Notes under the pieces: model-generated
Databases searched by the model: none
What the model was told of the DNA's origin: nothing
The model's input: the letters and a program-made list of their open reading frames with translations, nothing else
In this document: positions 1-12,075 of the stretch, piece by piece
How the letters are laid out: every line of letters starts with the position of its first letter
Numbering within the stretch: the first letter of the stretch is position 1
From: an uncultured Nitrososphaeraceae archaeon
GTDB lineage: Archaea > Thermoproteota > Nitrososphaeria > Nitrososphaerales > Nitrososphaeraceae
Assembly (NCBI GenBank): GCA_963825865.1
Contig: CAWGVG010000029.1
Coordinates: 64,001-128,000 of the forward strand
Direction of reading: 5' to 3'
DNA length: 64,000 nucleotides
Position numbers and translations under genes: made by a program

Positions 1-1522
1 TTGAAAATGTTGATCTTCTTGAAAAAACAGGCTGGAAAATCAGAATTACAAAGGCTCCTCAAACAATGCCTACAATTAAGAATATTAATAAAATTCTTTG
101 TAATTCTATAAATGAACGAATTCGTTTCTACAAAGAAGTTGGCGAGAAAATTTTTAGATCGAAACTAAATGAAATAACAGAAGCGAGCTTAATTACGCTA
201 GGCGGTTTTGCTGAAGTAGGTCGGTCTTCGATGCTACTATCTACGCATGAAAGCAAAATTTTACTTGATTGTGGGATCAATATATCAGGTAAAGATTCAC
301 TAAACACTTTACCAAGATTTGATATTACGGGACTTGAAATTAATGATATTGATGCAATAGTCTTAAGCCATGCTCATCTTGATCATACGGGTTTTTTACC
401 TGCTCTATTCAAGTATGGATATAGAGGACCAGTATACTGCTCAGAGCCAACATTACCACTCATGAATTTGTTGCAGAAAGAATATGTTAAGAATACTAGC
501 GGTACAGCACTATATTCTGATAAAGATATAGAGGAGGCAATAATACATACAATTCCTCTAACCTTTGGGATTGTTACCGATATTTCTCCAGACGTGAAAC
601 TTGTGCTTAGCAATTCTGGTCACATTTTAGGCTCTGCATCAATTCATTTACATATTGGTAACGGCGATCACAATGTTGTTTATACTGGAGATATGAAATT
701 TGGAAGAATGTTTTCACTTGAAAATGCTTCTTGGAACTTTCCAAGAGTTGAGACAATGATCATTGAAAGTACTAATGGTGGTAAAGAAGACATTTTTCCA
801 CAACGTGAAGAGGCAGATAAGCGTCTTATTGATAGCATAAACAAAACAGCTGCCAGAAAATGGAAAGGTCTTAATTCCAGTACCCACAGTTGGGTTATCC
901 CAAGAACTTATTTTATCTATTAATATGTATATGAAAACTGGTAAAATTATTGAAACAAAAGTATTGGTCGAGAAGATTATTTCTAATGCCAGCTCAATAC
1001 ATGAAACTTATCCTCAATATCTTTCAAAAGAATTAAAATATATGATACTTCACGATGAAGAAAATCCATTCCGATCGAAACAATTTGTAATTATTGAATC
1101 TCAATCTCTTGAGAGAGAAGAACCTGCAATAATTCTGGCTCCTTCTTCAATGTTAATAGGTGGACCATCAGTAGAATATCTGAAACAGATCTCTGAAGAT
1201 CCAAAAAACACATTAGTTTTAACGTCATTTCAGGCAACAGGAACGCCTGGAAAAAATATTCAGGATGGAAGCCGGGAAGTATTGATTAATGGTCATACTA
1301 TAAAAATCAATTGTCGAGTTGAGAAGATCGAAGGATTCAGTACTCATAGTGATTATAATCAATTAGTGGCATATATAAACAGACTAAGGCCAAAACTCCG
1401 ACGAGTATTGGTTAACCATGGAGAGCGAACCAAAGTACAGAACTTAGCAAGCTCACTCAACAGAATGTTCAAAATACAAACGCAGACACCCCTTGGTACA
1501 AGAGGCCATAAAATTACTCTAA
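1..1522 (+). CDS. beta-CASP metallo-beta-lactamase ribonuclease (aCPSF1-like), 5'-partial, apparent frameshifts
   Basis: LGGFAEVGRS, LSHAHLDHTG, SGHILGS, YTGD, GFSTHSD and NHGE motifs across ORFs 66..923 and 925..1557; the likely true end (HPLVQEAIKLL*) is at 1522 after a frameshift. Confidence 0.88.
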
Positions 1523-1665
1523 ATTTTTCTCTTGTCATAACCAATATAGCAATATAAATACAACAATTTCAATGAGGGTTATTACCCAATATCAAAAAAT
1601 TAACTTCCGCTCATATTATTACTTATCATTCTTGGAAGTTACTGCAAAAGAGATAGTAAGAAAAA

Positions 1666-1950
1666 TTATTTCAAATCATAATCTCCACGCCAGATTTTGA
1701 CACTTGGAGGTGTCACTACAACGCGTTCCTCGCCCAACCTGGCAATATCGCCACCATTGGACTGAACATAGCTGTAAAGTTCTTCTATCACCTTGCGAAG
1801 CTCTTCAACATCTTTTTGTGCTAATGGAGTAACCCGTAAAATGAGAATCATGTCATTTTTGGTGTCGTCCTTGAGACTAGATATATCACTGATGTCTCGA
1901 AGGGTTATTGCTTTCAAATAGATTGGTGTCTTTTCCATTTTCACATCCAT
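1666..1950 (-). CDS. sepF: cell division protein SepF (archaeal)
   Basis: 94 aa ending GGDIARLGEERVVVTPPSVKI, typical of the SepF C-terminus. Confidence 0.8.
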   Translation of the reverse strand: MDVKMEKTPIYLKAITLRDISDISSLKDDTKNDMILILRVTPLAQKDVEELRKVIEELYSYVQSNGGDIARLGEERVVVTPPSVKIWRGDYDLK

Positions 1951-2866
1951 TTCTCTCTCTATCCTCTCTCTTGTTTAAGTACAGCGAAATTCAGCGTGAT
2001 GATCAAATAGTCATGCTGGTCAAAAGTCATTCACCGACTGGTTGATTTTCTAGATTCATCAGTTAAGTTCTTCGTAATTTGTCAAGATTTATTCTTGTTT
2101 TTAATTACAACTGGAATTTGATTCTTTAGATTATATCTAAAATATATTTCCAACATTTTAATAAATTTACATTATAGTATATGAAATCTCTTCATTTTCT
2201 CGTAAGGGTACCTCAGGTTCTTCGAAAATGCAGAATCTAAAGTTAATGTCCAACATCTGAATTTGATGTAGCGCTCGTTTTTAACTGCTCTGCTACTATA
2301 AGGTCCCCTTTCATTTGATATCGATCAGGTTTTCCGGCGTAACTAGGCCACGTTCTCTGTATCCATAGTATACAGATACTCTGCAGAAGAGATCTTAGGC
2401 CTTTATCTGCCATCATATTTTCTTCCTCAATTATGTAGAACCTCAATTATTTTATTTTCATTGGTCCCGAATACCCTCTCTGTTAACGATAAAGTCTGAA
2501 CTAATGTTTTTCATGTGTTCGTATACATCATGTCTCTATAACTATTATAAGAACTCATTTTAGAGTCACCTTACATTTAAGTTTACTTATATTCCTCACC
2601 AAAATGTACAGTTTTAGCTATGCTCCCAGTTCCGCGGCGACTTTATAACTCCGTTCTCTGACATATTCAAAATCACAAAAAGGAGTCTCAGTAACAGCCG
2701 CTTATATTTCTACTCCATGTTTTGCATCATTTTAAAGATGTTATATACTCCAACTTATACCAGAGCCATTGCCTGACTTTGATCGGCAGACAGTCGTCTT
2801 TTTGCACTTATACGCTTAACATGCAAAACCTTGAGTATAATTGTTTATTTGATTTAATCAATTTAA

Positions 2867-3868
2867 TGCTTTGTTGCATGATTAATTATCTTGTAAGTGA
2901 TACTTATTTGACCACTCACCATTTAGCTTGCTAGTATTAATTATTCTGGTATGGTTGACTGGCCTTGCTATAATGAATCACTAGTTAGGCGTGGTCAAGT
3001 ACTCTTGGATTTTGATGTACTTGATGGATGGGATCATGAATTATGTCAAATGAACCTTGGTAAGGTTGGTGAGCCCTACTGCTACCCAAATTCATTTATT
3101 CAGCTTCTAGGTTACATGAGAGCATATTTCCATCTACCATATAGACAAACACAGGGTGTAGTCATAGCTCATGCAAGTAAAGAAGTATCAAACACACCAC
3201 ATTATAATACCATTAATAGACGTATAAACAGGCTAGAGATTAAAATCGATGAAAAATTAGGAAATGATATTGTCATTGCTTTAGACAGCACCGGCATTAA
3301 GGTAGCTAATCGAGGGGAATGGATGCACCACAAATGGCATGTCAGAAAAGGATATCTAAAGATACACATAGCAGTTGATATCGAGAAGAAAAGAATTGTA
3401 TCTCTGGAGGTAACGAGTGAAGAGGTACATGATGGTAAGATGCTAAAGAAGTTAGTAGACAATGCTTCTGAAAATAATAATCATGTGAAGGGTATATTAG
3501 CAGATGGTATGTACGACAGCAATAAGAATTTTAGATACCTATCAAAGAACCACATTAAGCCTGGTATAAAGACAAGAAGTAATTCCAAGGTCAAGTCAAC
3601 TAACTGTCATGCTAGGAATATGTCTGTAGTAAGACAACAGACAAACCTCAAAAAATGGAAGCGTAGCGTGAGCTATGGGTACAGGTGGATAGCAGAAACA
3701 GCATTCTCTTCCATTAAAAGAACATTTGGTGAACATGTAACAGCTAGAAAGTTTCCTCACATGGTAAAAGAGATCCTCCTAAAGGCAGCTCTGTATAACA
3801 TGTTCAATCGAATGACCTAGCTAACGGTTTGCATAACCTAAAATCCTAATGAATTATGCAACAGAGCA
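2867..3868 (+). mobile_element. IS5-family (IS903-like) insertion sequence, copy 1
   Basis: Terminal inverted repeats TGCTTTGTTGCATGATTAATT / TGCTCTGTTGCATAATTCATT (rc); 8-bp TSD CAATTTAA at 2859-2866 and 3869-3876; near-identical copy at 22142..23139. Confidence 0.93.
2951..3820 (+). CDS. IS5-family DDE transposase, intact
   Basis: YNESLVRRG N-terminus; ALDSTGIK, LADGMYD and RWIAETAFSSIKR DDE motifs. Confidence 0.92.
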   Translation: MVDWPCYNESLVRRGQVLLDFDVLDGWDHELCQMNLGKVGEPYCYPNSFIQLLGYMRAYFHLPYRQTQGVVIAHASKEVSNTPHYNTINRRINRLEIKIDEKLGNDIVIALDSTGIKVANRGEWMHHKWHVRKGYLKIHIAVDIEKKRIVSLEVTSEEVHDGKMLKKLVDNASENNNHVKGILADGMYDSNKNFRYLSKNHIKPGIKTRSNSKVKSTNCHARNMSVVRQQTNLKKWKRSVSYGYRWIAETAFSSIKRTFGEHVTARKFPHMVKEILLKAALYNMFNRMT

Positions 3869-3893
3869 CAATTTAAAACAAATATATTTATTG

Positions 3894-4088
3894 ATGAACA
3901 AATCAATTCTATTGATGGCAGTAGAAGGAATTGCAAACTTCGATTCATATGTATGGATTGCCGTAGGACTATTTATCATCGGCCTCTTTGCAATAATGGT
4001 TTATGAGAAGTCAAATTCAAAAACACAACGACATTATCGTCAACAACAACAACAACAGCAGTCAGGAACGTCTTCTGACATTGAATAA
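3894..4088 (+). CDS. small single-TM protein with poly-Gln tail
   Basis: Hydrophobic YVWIAVGLFIIGLFAIMVY; stop codon overlaps the lhr TTG start. Confidence 0.5.
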   Translation: MNKSILLMAVEGIANFDSYVWIAVGLFIIGLFAIMVYEKSNSKTQRHYRQQQQQQQSGTSSDIE

Positions 4089-6828
4089 TGAAACTGATGC
4101 TAATCATCTAACTATTGCAAAATTTAGAAAAGAAGGCTTTACTTCGCTAACAGCAATTCAAGAGAAAGCATTGCCTGTTATTTCAAGGAAAGTGAACTGC
4201 CTATTAGTCGCTCCAACCGGATCTGGGAAGACAGAAGCAGTAATACTGCCAGTCTTCTCAATATTGTCTAGTATTAAAGGACAGTATGCAGGCAAAATTC
4301 GAGCAATCTATATTACTCCTCTAAGAGCATTGAATAACGATGTACTTAGAAGGATTATCAAATATGCTGAATCTGAAAATCTAAGGGTAGAGATCCGACA
4401 TGGAGACACAACTACTACCGCTAAAAAGAAAATTGTCGAAAATCCTCCGGACGTTTTGATCACCACACCTGAATCCCTTGCAGTAATACTAACAAGTATG
4501 AAAATGCTTGAAGCGTTAAATAGTCTGGAATGGATCGTAGTTGATGAAGTTCATGAACTTGTCTCAAATGAACGCGGTGCACATCTGTCAATTGGTCTTG
4601 AGAGATTACAAGAAGTAAGTTTACAACAAGTTACAAGGATCGGTCTATCAGCAACTTTAGGCAATTTAAATGAGGCGGCCAAATTTATTTCTGGAACTAA
4701 CAGAAAATATGCTGTCATTGTAGACAACTCCATGAGAAAATACGATATTGATGTTAAATTCGTAAAAGGTTCAATTAATAACGTAGCTCACTTTGTGATT
4801 CAATATATAAAATCAAATAGAATTGAAGGCTCTGTCTTGCTATTTACAAATACAAGAGATGAGGCGGAATATATAGGCACCATTTTGAAAAACCAAAATG
4901 AAATCAAAGTGGATGTGCATCATGGATCTTTATCTAAGGACATGCGAGAGGAGACAGAAGGAAGATTAAGAGCAGGTTCAGTAGATATCGTAGTTTGTAC
5001 TTCGTCACTGGAACTCGGTTTAGACATCGGTTCAGTAGAACTTGTAATCCACTACGGTTCGCCAAGACAAGTTTCAAAGTTGATGCAGAGGATCGGCCGG
5101 AGCAGACATATGCATAGAAATTCAGCAAAAGGTTTGATTGTAACAAATAATCCAGATGATGAGATAGAAGCACTAGCAATTATACGAAGAATGAAAAGAT
5201 GTTCAATTGAAGAACAGTTAATGCACAAAGGGGCCTTAGATGTTGTAGCTCATCATTTGGTTGGATTAGCAATGCAAACCAGAAATCCGATTAGACTTGA
5301 AACTGCCTTTGATCTAGTAACAAAGGCATATCCGTTCTCTAGAGTTAGCTTTTATGATATTGAAGGATGTATTAATATTCTTGATAATAACGGCATAATC
5401 AGGTATGACAGGGAAGACAAATCATATCAACGAAGATTAAAGTCATACAAGTATTACTTTGAGAATCTGTCCATGATTCCACATGTTTTAAAGTTTGAAG
5501 TCATAGATTCAATTAATAAACGGAAAATTGGGACGCTAGATCAGCAGTTTGTAGGAGATTATTGTGAGAAAGGAAATGTCTTTGTCTTGAAGGGATCGCA
5601 ATGGAGAGTAATTTCAGTTGATGAAGGCAGAATGCAAGTGAATGTCGAGCCATTACATGGCATTGCAATAAATATTCCATACTGGGTGGGAGAGACGATT
5701 CCCGTGGACTACCAAACTGCAGAGGAAGTGGGTATCATACGTAATCAGGCTGCAAAGAAGGTTATCAAACTTTCCACATCTATTATAGATGATACTCTTA
5801 AATTTCTAAAGGTAATTCCAGATTCAAAAAACATTGTAGCAGAAAGTTCAGTTGCAAGAAATATGGTTGTAATTCACTCAACATTTGGTTCGAAAGTAAA
5901 CAATACTTTAGCATCATTACTATCAGCAATAATATCATCCCAACTAGGTTACATAGTAGAAACAAGATCTGATTCTTATAGAATTATGCTAACTTCAAAT
6001 GCAAGAATAGGAAAAAGCCATATAGAAACCACCTTTAATGACATATATGACTTTGAGTCGGTTATTATTGCATCGCTTACTGGAACTCATAATATTAACT
6101 GGAGAGTTTGGATGGTTGCAAAAAGATTCGGTATGATTAGCAGGGAAGCAATATATGACAAAAAAATAGCTCGCATGATTTACGATAGATATGCAAAGAC
6201 GCCTATTAGCAAAGAATCTATTAGAGAATTAATTCATGATAAATATGATGTTATACAAACACAAAAAGTCTTAAGGAATTTAAAAGATGGCAATATTAAA
6301 CTTCACTGGTTTGAAACTACAGAATTTTCTGACTTATCAAAACCGATTCTTGAACATTCAGCAAAATTCTCTGCAACCCCACTTAGTATCGAAAAAGGGG
6401 TTATAGAACTTATAAAGGAAAGACTAGAAAAAACAAAACACAGATTGATCTGTATTCGATGTGGAAAATGGGAACGAATCATAGAGACAAGGGAAATTAC
6501 AGAAACTGTTTCCTGTCCGACCTGTCGATCTAAATTAATCACAGCAACTTTCTGGTCTGATAATGATTTAGCAAAAACCATTATGAAAAGGCTCACTGGA
6601 AGCAAGCTATCCATAGACGAAAATCACAAATTTGACCGCGCATGGAAAGTAGCATCGCTTGTCAATAATTTTGGTAAGAAAGCACTGATTGTATTAGCTG
6701 GTTATGGAATTGGCGCAGATACTGCAGCGCGTATTCTTCGTAATTACATCGACGATGAAGAGATATTTAGAAGCATTTATGAAGCCGAAAGGCAGTATGT
6801 AACGACCCGTGGGTTTTGGAATGATTGA
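4081..6828 (+). CDS. lhr: Lhr-like SF2 DEAD/DEAH helicase with C-terminal Zn ribbon
   Basis: APTGSGKT, TPLRAL, VDEVH, SAT, HHGSLS, SSLELGLDIG, QRIGRSRH; C-terminal CIRC...CPTC. Confidence 0.9.
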   Translation: MNNETDANHLTIAKFRKEGFTSLTAIQEKALPVISRKVNCLLVAPTGSGKTEAVILPVFSILSSIKGQYAGKIRAIYITPLRALNNDVLRRIIKYAESENLRVEIRHGDTTTTAKKKIVENPPDVLITTPESLAVILTSMKMLEALNSLEWIVVDEVHELVSNERGAHLSIGLERLQEVSLQQVTRIGLSATLGNLNEAAKFISGTNRKYAVIVDNSMRKYDIDVKFVKGSINNVAHFVIQYIKSNRIEGSVLLFTNTRDEAEYIGTILKNQNEIKVDVHHGSLSKDMREETEGRLRAGSVDIVVCTSSLELGLDIGSVELVIHYGSPRQVSKLMQRIGRSRHMHRNSAKGLIVTNNPDDEIEALAIIRRMKRCSIEEQLMHKGALDVVAHHLVGLAMQTRNPIRLETAFDLVTKAYPFSRVSFYDIEGCINILDNNGIIRYDREDKSYQRRLKSYKYYFENLSMIPHVLKFEVIDSINKRKIGTLDQQFVGDYCEKGNVFVLKGSQWRVISVDEGRMQVNVEPLHGIAINIPYWVGETIPVDYQTAEEVGIIRNQAAKKVIKLSTSIIDDTLKFLKVIPDSKNIVAESSVARNMVVIHSTFGSKVNNTLASLLSAIISSQLGYIVETRSDSYRIMLTSNARIGKSHIETTFNDIYDFESVIIASLTGTHNINWRVWMVAKRFGMISREAIYDKKIARMIYDRYAKTPISKESIRELIHDKYDVIQTQKVLRNLKDGNIKLHWFETTEFSDLSKPILEHSAKFSATPLSIEKGVIELIKERLEKTKHRLICIRCGKWERIIETREITETVSCPTCRSKLITATFWSDNDLAKTIMKRLTGSKLSIDENHKFDRAWKVASLVNNFGKKALIVLAGYGIGADTAARILRNYIDDEEIFRSIYEAERQYVTTRGFWND

Positions 6829-7141
6829 TTCATGGAATGACCATAGGAACCAAGTAATTATCCAGAGTTTTCAATATACTGAGCTGTTTTTAAGGACGTA
6901 CGTTATCAGAGTTTTTAACATTAATTTACTTGTTGCAAGGCATGTAAGACATTAGACCGTCCTGAGATATATAAGAAGAGTTATTATTTAATTATAAAAA
7001 GCTCTGATTTGGTTAAGTTTTTTCTTAACAATTGTTATTCATGCCTAGTAAAAAATCGGCCTGTTTTCGCTCTAGTAAAGGCTATGTTGCTCAAAGTCAA
7101 ATCAAACTGATAATTTTTTAAGTTCTTTAGATAAATATTAT

Positions 7142-8719
7142 TTGATGACATTATATGAGAATGAAAATACTCTCCACAGATTCATAACGTCAAAAGGAGA
7201 GGAGGCCTTTCATGACAGATATGAAGAGGCAATCGAAAATATCAAATCAGAATTTGGTAGAAGATATACCATGATTATTGGTGGTAAAAATGTCAAAGCA
7301 TCAGAAAGTTTTGTTCATACTTCTCCTATAGATACCCGGATAGTACTTGCATATTTTCCAAGTGGCACGGCTAAACATGCACATCAGGCAATCAAGGCTG
7401 GCAAGAAAGCATTTGAAAGTTGGGGTAAAACTGATTACAAGGAACGTGTAGAATTTTGCAGAATAGTTATCGATATCATGAACAGACGTAAGTTTGAGTT
7501 AGCAGCATGGCTTTCTTATGGAAATGGTAAGAATAGATACGAAGCGATATGTGATATCGATGAGGCTGTCGATTTTATTAGATATTATTCTAAAGAGATG
7601 GAAAAGAATAATGGCTTTATAATTCAAACTAAAAGTCCACATCCCAATGAAAAAAACAAGAGTGTAATGAAACCATATGGGGTCTGGGGAGTAATTGCTC
7701 CATTCAATTTCCCTGCAGCGATTTTAGTTGGAATGAGTATTGGAGCTTTGATTACGGGTAATACTATAGTCTTGAAACCTGCCAGCGACGCTCCAATCAT
7801 AGGGTATAAATTTGCTGAAATTATGAAAGAAGCAGGATTGCCTGACGGCGTTTTGAACTTTGTAACCGGTTCTGGAAATAAAATTGGTAGGACAATAGTT
7901 AATAGCGAAGATGTTGCAGGGATTGTATTTACTGGATCTAGAAAAATAGGCCACAGAATGACAAAAGAATTTAGTAAAGTTAAGCTACGACACGTAATTG
8001 CAGAGCTGGGAGGCAAAAATCCTGCAATAGTTACAGAAAACGCAGATATTGATAAAGCCGTTGAAGGAATATTTAAAGCAGCATTTGGTTATTCAGGACA
8101 AAAATGTAGCGCATGTTCCCGAGTATATATACAAAAAAGTATAAAAAACAAATTTGTTGAAAGACTTGTGGAGAGGACCAAAAATCTATCTGTAGAGAAT
8201 CCACTTGAATCTAATACTTTTATAGGTCCTCTAATTAATTCAAAAGCTTATAAGAATTATCAAAAATATGCCAAACTAGCGTATAGAGATGGCAATATAT
8301 TGCTAGGTGGTAGTGTTAAAAGAGACGGTGATTTCAAGTATGGGTACTATGCGGAACCAATAATTATAGATGGACTGGCTAAAAATCATAGATTATTTAG
8401 GGAAGAATTATTTGTCCCAATTCTTTGTATAGCGGATTATGATAAATTCGATGAGGCTATTAAACTCTGTAATGATTCGGAGTATGGGCTCACAGCAGGA
8501 ATTTATAGTAATAAAAAAGAAGAGGTTGACAGGTTCCTTGACAATATTGAGTGCGGAGTAGTATATGTTAATAGATATATCAGTGCTACGACTGGAGCTA
8601 TGGTAGGATGCCAGTCATTTGGTGGTTGGAAAGGATCGGGTACAACAGGCAAAGGAACTGGAGGGCCATATTATCTGACACAATTTATGCGAGAGCAAAG
8701 CCAAACCATCGTTGAATGA
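7142..8719 (+). CDS. aldehyde dehydrogenase, 1-pyrroline-5-carboxylate dehydrogenase type
   Basis: PFNFP, FTGS, ELGGKNP, GQKCSACSR, EELFVP, GTTGKGTGGPYYL. Confidence 0.88.
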   Translation: MMTLYENENTLHRFITSKGEEAFHDRYEEAIENIKSEFGRRYTMIIGGKNVKASESFVHTSPIDTRIVLAYFPSGTAKHAHQAIKAGKKAFESWGKTDYKERVEFCRIVIDIMNRRKFELAAWLSYGNGKNRYEAICDIDEAVDFIRYYSKEMEKNNGFIIQTKSPHPNEKNKSVMKPYGVWGVIAPFNFPAAILVGMSIGALITGNTIVLKPASDAPIIGYKFAEIMKEAGLPDGVLNFVTGSGNKIGRTIVNSEDVAGIVFTGSRKIGHRMTKEFSKVKLRHVIAELGGKNPAIVTENADIDKAVEGIFKAAFGYSGQKCSACSRVYIQKSIKNKFVERLVERTKNLSVENPLESNTFIGPLINSKAYKNYQKYAKLAYRDGNILLGGSVKRDGDFKYGYYAEPIIIDGLAKNHRLFREELFVPILCIADYDKFDEAIKLCNDSEYGLTAGIYSNKKEEVDRFLDNIECGVVYVNRYISATTGAMVGCQSFGGWKGSGTTGKGTGGPYYLTQFMREQSQTIVE

Positions 8720-8989
8720 ATTAGTTACTAATTCTAGTTCATTAAAGTTTTATTGATGATATATACATAATTAAATACTCTGACCACCTGAATAGTTGCT
8801 GGAACAATTAAAGGAAGAGCCGATTGATCAAAATATCTAAAGAAGTGGCTTTCATTGAAGATTTTAATAGTGCTTTTGCATCAACCAGAACAATAGTTGG
8901 TAAAAATCTCGAGAAACATCATCTTAGCTAAAGAGACAAAGGTCTTTTAAAATAGATGATGCTAGTAACTATTAGAAATATCATAGAAA

Positions 8990-9265
8990 ATGACTTGGTT
9001 CAAAGATAGTAACGGACACATTTTAGAATCTAAAAACAGGATGCATAGGCTGTTGTATTGTCCACTATGTCAAAAACTAATATTCAAAGCAAACTGTCAA
9101 AAATTAAGGCAAGACAAACGGGGAAATCTCTATAAAGTCAAACGTTATCATTATGATAAATTATCCAAGCTAGAACGTGCAGAAATTAAAGAACAAAGAG
9201 AAGGAAAAAGATTGCAGGAATTACCCAGTATTGAATTGAGCAAAATAATAAGGCATATTCTTTAA
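8990..9265 (+). CDS. hypothetical basic protein with CxxC
   Basis: 91 aa ORF with YCPLCQK; no recognised family. Confidence 0.35.
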   Translation: MTWFKDSNGHILESKNRMHRLLYCPLCQKLIFKANCQKLRQDKRGNLYKVKRYHYDKLSKLERAEIKEQREGKRLQELPSIELSKIIRHIL

Positions 9266-9502
9266 AGCACATCTGTCTGTCTTTCTATCTATATCTATTT
9301 TCTTACACAATAAGTATGAATAGGGTGGATAAAAGTTCTAGAATTACGAGTTATTGCGACTTTTTATCGATTCTTGCAATTGATGTGGTATAGACCTTTC
9401 TATCTAAGTCAGTTAAAATAGACTACATCAGTATAATAATGGAACTACAGTTAACACTATTGTCATTCTACTATTATGATTTATGGGGAATGGGCAAATT
9501 AT

Positions 9503-10184
9503 TTACGCGTTTATTATTGACCTTGCGGTTTTAAAAATATTGATCCACATTTGCCATGTTAATTTGCCTGTGTTCGTATTCTGTTTACTTGGATGATAAG
9601 AAGCCAGAAGAGTTTTGCCACTTCCAATACTATAACAAGCGCCATGATAAAATACCAATCCGTTCAAATTACTTGTCATACAGAATGTATTAAAAGCAAT
9701 TTTTCCAAGCGTTAGAATGACTTTTGCCGTTTTATATAAAATTTTTAATTCTGCCACGAGATATTGCGAACAGTTTAATATTTCCAATAGGCTTGGCTTG
9801 TTAACAGGTGGAGCACATCTTAGAACAGTAGTAATGTATGCATCTTTCAATACGAATCTATCATTCCTTGACTGGCTTGTAGGCATATTTGCAAACCCAG
9901 TTTCAAACATTGCTTTTGCAACCCAATCTTAGGAGCTGTCTCCTGTAAACATTCTACCTGTCCTATTACCACCATGATGCAGCAGGTGCTAATCCAATAA
10001 TCAATAATTTAGCCTTTCCATCTCCAAAGCTTGGGAGAGGTTTTGCCCAATAAACTTCATCTATGAATCTACTTACCTTGATCTGCCCAACTTGCTTAAT
10101 GTAACTCGATAAACGGGGACACAAAGTACATTTAATCACTTTTTTATTGAGTTTATGCAGCAAATGTTCTGCGGCGCAATTCAT
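9503..10184 (-). CDS. udgB: uracil-DNA glycosylase, family 5 (Fe-S), frameshifted
   Basis: CTLCPRL, GLAPAA followed across a shift by RTGRMFTGDS, RCAPPVNKP, SYHPSKQNTNTGKL. Confidence 0.85.
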
Positions 10185-10878
10185 TAAGGTATGATAAGTA
10201 GCAGACATCAATATGAAGTATATTAATATTTGCAATAGATATACTGTCAAACTAATGGTTGGTCCAAATACGAAAAAGGAGAAAAATTAATTTGTAAAGC
10301 CTTAGATAAATAAGTGATGTTGTAATTCTTTATCGTTAACATCGAAAGTAGACGAATAAGAAATTTAGGTAGATGAGGATGAATCGAATGCTAATGGAAA
10401 AAGTTTCAATAAAAAAGCAAAGGAACAGGGATTTAGAAATTGGTGAGCTGGAATTTAAAGAAGTAAAACGTGAAAAGAAAAACGACAAATACGAAGGAGG
10501 AAAAAAGAAGGTATAAGACATCATTACCATGATTGATAGTGGTAATCCTTGAGATGGATTTATTATGGTACCAAATGTAAATGAATTTGCGAATTAGAAA
10601 TAAGAAAATCTTTTTATTTTCCTCTTTAACGTTAGGTTTTACGGTTGTCTAATATACAGAATATTATTCCCAGTAGCTATAAGCAGTTAACTTGTAATGC
10701 CGGCTCTGTTGTGATCAGTAATAAACATATACAGAAATTAATAAGAGTTAGAAAAAAATCTGGAATAATGCAATGTGCTGCTATGATACCACAAACAACG
10801 CCGATATCAACAATTCCAGTTTCAGAATTTGAAGGAAAAAAGGCACTGAATAACTTAATTTTAGGTGGCATACAATAG

Positions 10879-11699
10879 ATGCTTCCTATAGAGCAAGCTC
10901 TTGCATGGCTTTCTTTTATGGTGGTCATGACTATTTTTGCGTACAGGACACGGATAATTGATAGATACGGCGCAATAGCTTGCTTTACCGATAGGTTTTG
11001 TTATATTATATTTTGGCTCACTTTCATGGTTTTTTGTCTTGTTATTATTTTTCGTAATAGCGTCTCTATTTACTAAATACAAATACAAACAAAAGCGGAA
11101 AATGGAACTAGCTGAAGAAAATAATGGTGCACGAGGATGGAAGAGTGTGTTGGCAAATGGAGGCCTGGCGGCAGTACTTGCCATCTTGTATTATTTATCA
11201 CATAACAATCCAGTCTTTATACTATCTTTTATTGGATCACTCAGTTTCGCGTTGTCAGATACTATTGCAACCGAAGTTGGCTTGCTCAGCAAGGCAAAAC
11301 CCCGATCAATATTAACAGGTAAGGAAATTGATACAGGCCAGTCAGGCGGGGTTACTATTCAAGGAGAAATTGCTGCATTGACAGGTTCATTATTGATAGG
11401 AATTATGTGTGGACTATTGATACCAAAAGACATATTATTATACATGCATGTTATACTTCCAGGCAGCTGTTACCGGGGGAATGATATCTACAAATATTGA
11501 CAGTATTTTTGGAGCAACAATTCAAGCAAAATATAGATGTGAAACTTGCAGAAAATACCTAGAAAAGAGGGCAATGCATTGTAATTTTCTTACAGTTCAA
11601 GAAAAGGGAATATCATTGGTGGATAATAATGTGGTTAACCTTCTTAGCGCAATAATAGGAGCAGTTATTTCTGCCAGTTTTATTATCGTTTACCATTGA
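10879..11699 (+). CDS. DUF92/TMEM19 membrane protein, frameshifted
   Basis: RGWKSVLANG, SDTIATEVG, GQSGGVTIQG, IDSIFGATIQ, DNNVVNLLS spread over three ORFs. Confidence 0.85.
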
Positions 11700-11851
11700 A
11701 TTAGTTTTAACCTGTGATAGATATTGTTACTTCAGATTAAATCCTTGCCCTTTATCTTCTACTTTTTAATTGAATTGATAACCGATTATTTTTGGGTATA
11801 TTTGGAACGAGAGGAAGGGTTTAATTCTCTGAAAGGGAAAATTCTCTATAT

Positions 11852-12028
11852 ATGCCTCTGATTTCAGTTTCAATGTATCCCGGAAGAACAAAAGAACAGA
11901 AAGAAGAATTTGCAAAGGCGATGACCAATGCAGCTGTACAAATTTTAAAGACAAAAGCTGAGCATGTAATTATTGTATATGATGAAAAGCCCAAGGAACA
12001 CTGGTTTATTTCAGGCGAATCACTTTAA
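11852..12028 (+). CDS. 4-oxalocrotonate tautomerase family protein (absent from the ORF track)
   Basis: Own translation: MPLISVSMYPGRTKEQKEEFAKAMTNAAVQILKTKAEHVIIVYDEKPKEHWFISGESL*; catalytic Pro1 and GRTxEQK. Confidence 0.85.
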   Translation: MPLISVSMYPGRTKEQKEEFAKAMTNAAVQILKTKAEHVIIVYDEKPKEHWFISGESL

Positions 12029-12075
12029 TAGCAAACCATTTTATTTATTGATTTGATGAATGCCAGATAGTAAAA

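Noticed and set aside
2000-2860. Possible gene between sepF and IS5 (short ORFs 2243..2446 and 2722..2934)
   Set aside because: No recognisable motif in the frames I translated; the second ORF runs into the IS end.
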